Origin: Leucoraja erinacea | Taxonomy: Eukaryota | DNA length: 64,000 nt | Reading direction: 5' to 3' | Assembly: GCF_028641065.1 (NCBI RefSeq) | Contig: NC_073382.1 | Location: 39,494,001 to 39,558,000, forward strand | Part shown: positions 62,850 to 64,000 of the stretch, piece after piece | Layout of the letters: the number at the start of each line of letters is the position of its first letter | Numbering within the stretch: position 1 is the first letter of the stretch | Program-made: the position numbers and the translations under genes | The notes under the pieces: generated by a model | Databases searched by the model: none | Seen by the model: only the letters and a program-made list of their open reading frames with translations | Told to the model about the DNA's origin: nothing

Positions 62850-64000
62850 AAAAATAGAATGCAGTGACAGAGGTATAGTAGTGATCCCCTGGGCCTCTGC
62901 AAGGCAATGCTTCTCCATAGTGACCCCTCAATGGTGATCCTTAGATCTGGACGAAGAACCCTCACTTCACATTACACTGGCGTACAATAGAAGTGTAAAC
63001 AACAGTGAGCTGGAAACCTTCTTTAAATCATACGAAGGACACAAATTTGAAATAGATGTATTGGCACAAGTGGAAGGGAAAGAGGGAGCTGCCGATTATG
63101 CTATAATACCAGCACAGTTACGGAAAAGAACTGACGAGGGTGCTCCTCAGATCATTTGAAAGGTGAATTTCCCGGCTAGAGCAAAAGACCTAGGAACAAT
63201 GGTAAAAAAAAAGGCAAACCCAAATAATTATCAAAAGCAAAATTTGTCTAATCAATTTGTTGTTGAATTTTACCAGCCCCAAGGAAGGTTGTTACCCACG
63301 TACGACATCATCTGGGGAGTGAGGTTTACGAGTATATGAACCCTCAGGTATGGGCAGAGGACACTGCTCAGGCAGGATGTGTGAATATCAATCCCAACCA
63401 TGTAGCCTGCCAGAAAGGGTTAATGCTTCCTTCAATCCAACAATATCCATTGAAACTACAGGCCATCAGCAGCATAGACATATTAATTTGGGGTTTTCTA
63501 GAACAAGGAATATTGGTGAAGTGCCAATCTATCTGCAACGCCCCTATTCTTGCCATTCCGAAACCGGTAATATAGACTTGTACAACACTTCAGGGAAATC
63601 GATTCTGTTGTAAAACCACTTCATGCCCTAGTGGAAAATGCTGCCCATATTCTTGCCCAAATACCGGCTGAAGCCAAAGTCTTTTTGATAGTCAACTTAC
63701 AACATGCATTCTTTTCTCTTCCTCTTCATGAAGACAGACACGATTTGTTTGCCTTCACCTATAAGGGCCAACAATATACCTGGACCAGGTTGCCTCAAGT
63801 ATTTGTCAACTCGCCTACTTTATTTTCCAGGTGTCTGCAAGATCAGCTAAGTTCTTTAAAGTTTAAAATGAATTCAACATTAGTGCGATATGTTTCAAAC
63901 AAATGAGGCAATGGCTGGGCATGGTTAATTATTGCAGACCCTGGATTCCAAATATAGCTCTTGAAACAAAGGAGCTAACACCCTATACCTGCAAGGAGGG
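62850..64000 (+). pseudogene. pol: ERV pol: 2H-phosphoesterase-like insert and reverse transcriptase with YxDD deleted
   Basis: LHITLAY...APQII*KV..AKDLGTMV; QVWA, QYPL, CNAPILAIPKP, NLQHAFFSLPL, FAFTY.GQQYTWTRLPQVFVNSP; after RYV the frame jumps to MRQWLGMVNYCRPWIPN. Confidence 0.9.

Larger units (their letters stand above)
57900..64000 (+). mobile_element. Decayed endogenous retrovirus (epsilon/gamma-like class I); leader, gag, pro, 2H-like domain and RT; continues past the window
   Basis: Collinear gag-pro-pol motifs listed below. The left boundary is a guess: no LTR or PBS identified. Confidence 0.88.

Overview
Repeat-dense, gene-poor eukaryotic DNA, most likely intronic or intergenic sequence from a cartilaginous fish such as a skate or ray (inferred from the CR1, SINE and Penelope repertoire). 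No intact host CDS is visible; a few weak exon candidates lie on the + strand. Contents: two decayed DIRS (tyrosine-recombinase) retrotransposons (1-7340 and 42206-47085, both -), two long L2 LINEs, many CR1 fragments, Rex1 and Penelope remnants (with hammerhead-ribozyme cores), a Gypsy remnant with LTR, a full-length dead Tc1, two PIF/Harbinger-type non-autonomous elements, three non-autonomous Helitrons with minisatellites, a 7-bp-TSD transposon, tRNA-type SINEs, and a decayed epsilon/gamma-like endogenous retrovirus running off the right end. Most striking: (1) the first DIRS carries two separate U2 snRNA-derived inserts inside its RT reading frame, both starting at U2 nucleotide 1 and both sense to the element; (2) the second DIRS has perfectly complementary termini/ICR despite ruined ORFs and carries CR1-tail and hammerhead cargo; (3) the ERV has a 2H-phosphoesterase-like domain between protease and RT. 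Family assignments come from recalled motifs, not database searches, and boundaries are approximate unless a TSD or TIR is cited.
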